This document shows, in pieces, positions 62,827-64,000 of a stretch of DNA of 64,000 nt (position 1 is the stretch's first letter; every line of letters starts with the position of its first letter). The DNA lies in contig JAZQDV010000010.1 of the NCBI GenBank assembly GCA_045546975.1, positions 128,098-192,097 on the forward strand, given 5' to 3'. Under the pieces are notes generated by a model. That model ran no database searches and was not told the origin of the DNA. It saw nothing but the letters and a program-made list of their open reading frames with translations. Both the position numbers and the translations under genes were made by a program. Origin of the DNA: Eubacteriales bacterium. GTDB lineage: Bacteria; Bacillota; Clostridia; Oscillospirales; JAAYXM01.

Positions 62827-64000
62827 ATGGATATGAGATTTTTTGAAGAGGCAGAGGCAAGAATCCCTAAAGGCAAGGTAAGAACGCGCTTTGCACCGAG
62901 CCCGACGGGCTATATGCATATAGGAAATCTCCGCACTGCACTTTATACGTATATGATAGCCAAGCACAACGGCGGTGACTTTATTCTCCGTATTGAGGAT
63001 ACGGACCAAGGTAGACTTGTCGAGGGTGCAACAGACCTTATATACCGTACACTTCGAGAGACAGGGCTTTCTTATGATGAAGGTCCCGATATCGGAGGTC
63101 CTGTCGGTCCGTACATCCAGAGTGAGCGTATGGGTATGTATAAGCAGTATGCTGAGCTTTTGATAGAGCGAGGGGCTGCGTACCGTTGTTTCTGTGCAAA
63201 GAGCGACCACGAGGAAAAGGAAGGCGAGCTTCCGACAAAGTACGACGGAAGATGCTCACGCCTCACTCCCGAAGAAATTCAGAAGAAGCTCGATGCAGGA
63301 GAGAGTTATGTAATTCGCCAGAAGATGCCAAGAAGTGGAGAAACTACATTCTCTGATGTTGTTTATGGTGATATAACAGTTCCGAATGAGGACCTTGATG
63401 ACCAGATTTTAATAAAGTCAGACGGTTTCCCGACATACAACTTTGCAAATGTAATTGACGACCACCTCATGGGTATTACTCATGTTGTGCGAGGATCAGA
63501 GTATCTTTCCTCCGCACCGAAGTACAACCTTCTCTATGAGGCATTTGGTTGGGAAATTCCGACCTATGTTCATTGTTCACCCGTTATGAAGAATGCAACA
63601 CAGAAGCTTTCAAAGCGCAACGGTGACCCGTCGTATGAGGACCTTATAGGCGAAGGTTACTTAAAGGATGCTGTTGTAAACTATGTAACACTTCTCGGTT
63701 GGAGTCCGGGTGGAGAACGTGAGATATTCTCACTTTCTGAGCTTGTTGATATATTCGAGCTTCGCGGAATATCAAAGTCACCTGCGATATTTGACGTTGC
63801 AAAGCTCAAGTATATAAACGCAGAATATATCCGTGCAATGTCTCCTGAGAGCTTTGCAGAGATTGCACGACCGTATATAAGGCAGGGAGTAAAGAATCCT
63901 GACATCGACCCTGATCTCATTGCACCGCTTTTGCAGCAGCGCTGTGAACGTCTTGCGGATATCCCCGAACAGGTGGATTTCTTCGACGGAGTTCTGGAAT
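62827..64000 (+). CDS. gltX: glutamate--tRNA ligase (N-terminal ~390 codons; runs off right edge)
   Basis: Not in the ORF track because there is no stop. Manual translation [42 protein letters not shown]...RIEDTD...[11 protein letters not shown]. Confidence 0.9.
   Translation, partial: MDMRFFEEAEARIPKGKVRTRFAPSPTGYMHIGNLRTALYTYMIAKHNGGDFILRIEDTDQGRLVEGATDLIYRTLRETGLSYDEGPDIGGPVGPYIQSERMGMYKQYAELLIERGAAYRCFCAKSDHEEKEGELPTKYDGRCSRLTPEEIQKKLDAGESYVIRQKMPRSGETTFSDVVYGDITVPNEDLDDQILIKSDGFPTYNFANVIDDHLMGITHVVRGSEYLSSAPKYNLLYEAFGWEIPTYVHCSPVMKNATQKLSKRNGDPSYEDLIGEGYLKDAVVNYVTLLGWSPGGEREIFSLSELVDIFELRGISKSPAIFDVAKLKYINAEYIRAMSPESFAEIARPYIRQGVKNPDIDPDLIAPLLQQRCERLADIPEQVDFFDGVLE

Overview
This is a 64-kb chromosomal segment from what looks like a spore-forming Clostridia genome, possibly Oscillospiraceae/Ruminococcaceae-like; that placement is inferred only from gene content (dpaAB, ytvI-like, cwlJ-gerQ, DUF3794-LysM). 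I call about 57 CDSs, 2 tRNAs (Arg-ACG, Leu-CAA), one tmRNA, two recognisable riboswitches (M-box-like before mgtE, THF before folT), and many sigmaA-type promoters and hairpin terminators. Most of the window is housekeeping: mgtE, uppP, mscL, pyrR, rsmE, rluB, smpB/ssrA, feoAB, hom/lysC, a type IIA topoisomerase pair, rnj, glnS/gltX. The non-routine parts are listed below.

- **Repeat-rich patch (14.3-24 kb):** strand-biased modular hairpin repeats (GCGAAGC/CGAAG mini-hairpins plus a GATGAGGTG terminus) surround two diverged DUF559 endonuclease-like genes. The two genes are in opposite orientation and bracket a secreted 869-aa protein gene. One DUF559 gene sits between perfect 40-bp direct repeats.
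- **Unannotated small ORF:** a 59-codon Cys/His-rich ORF with a SigK-like promoter.
- **ssrA locus:** a 19-bp duplication of the tmRNA 3' end is followed by an XRE-SLOG(DUF1273) gene pair, which looks like an island remnant.
- **Sugar operon of unknown substrate:** FGGY kinase, isomerase, DUF1961-like and GH4 genes, with a mirror-symmetric promoter/operator shared with a GntR-type regulator.
- **Unassigned enzymes and pseudoenzymes:** a 576-aa protein paired with a PocR-AraC regulator, a 353-aa TIM-barrel-like protein, and a degenerate phosphohexomutase-like protein.

No CRISPR array, IS element, integrase or rRNA was seen. All family assignments come from motif recognition by eye. No database or covariance-model search was run.
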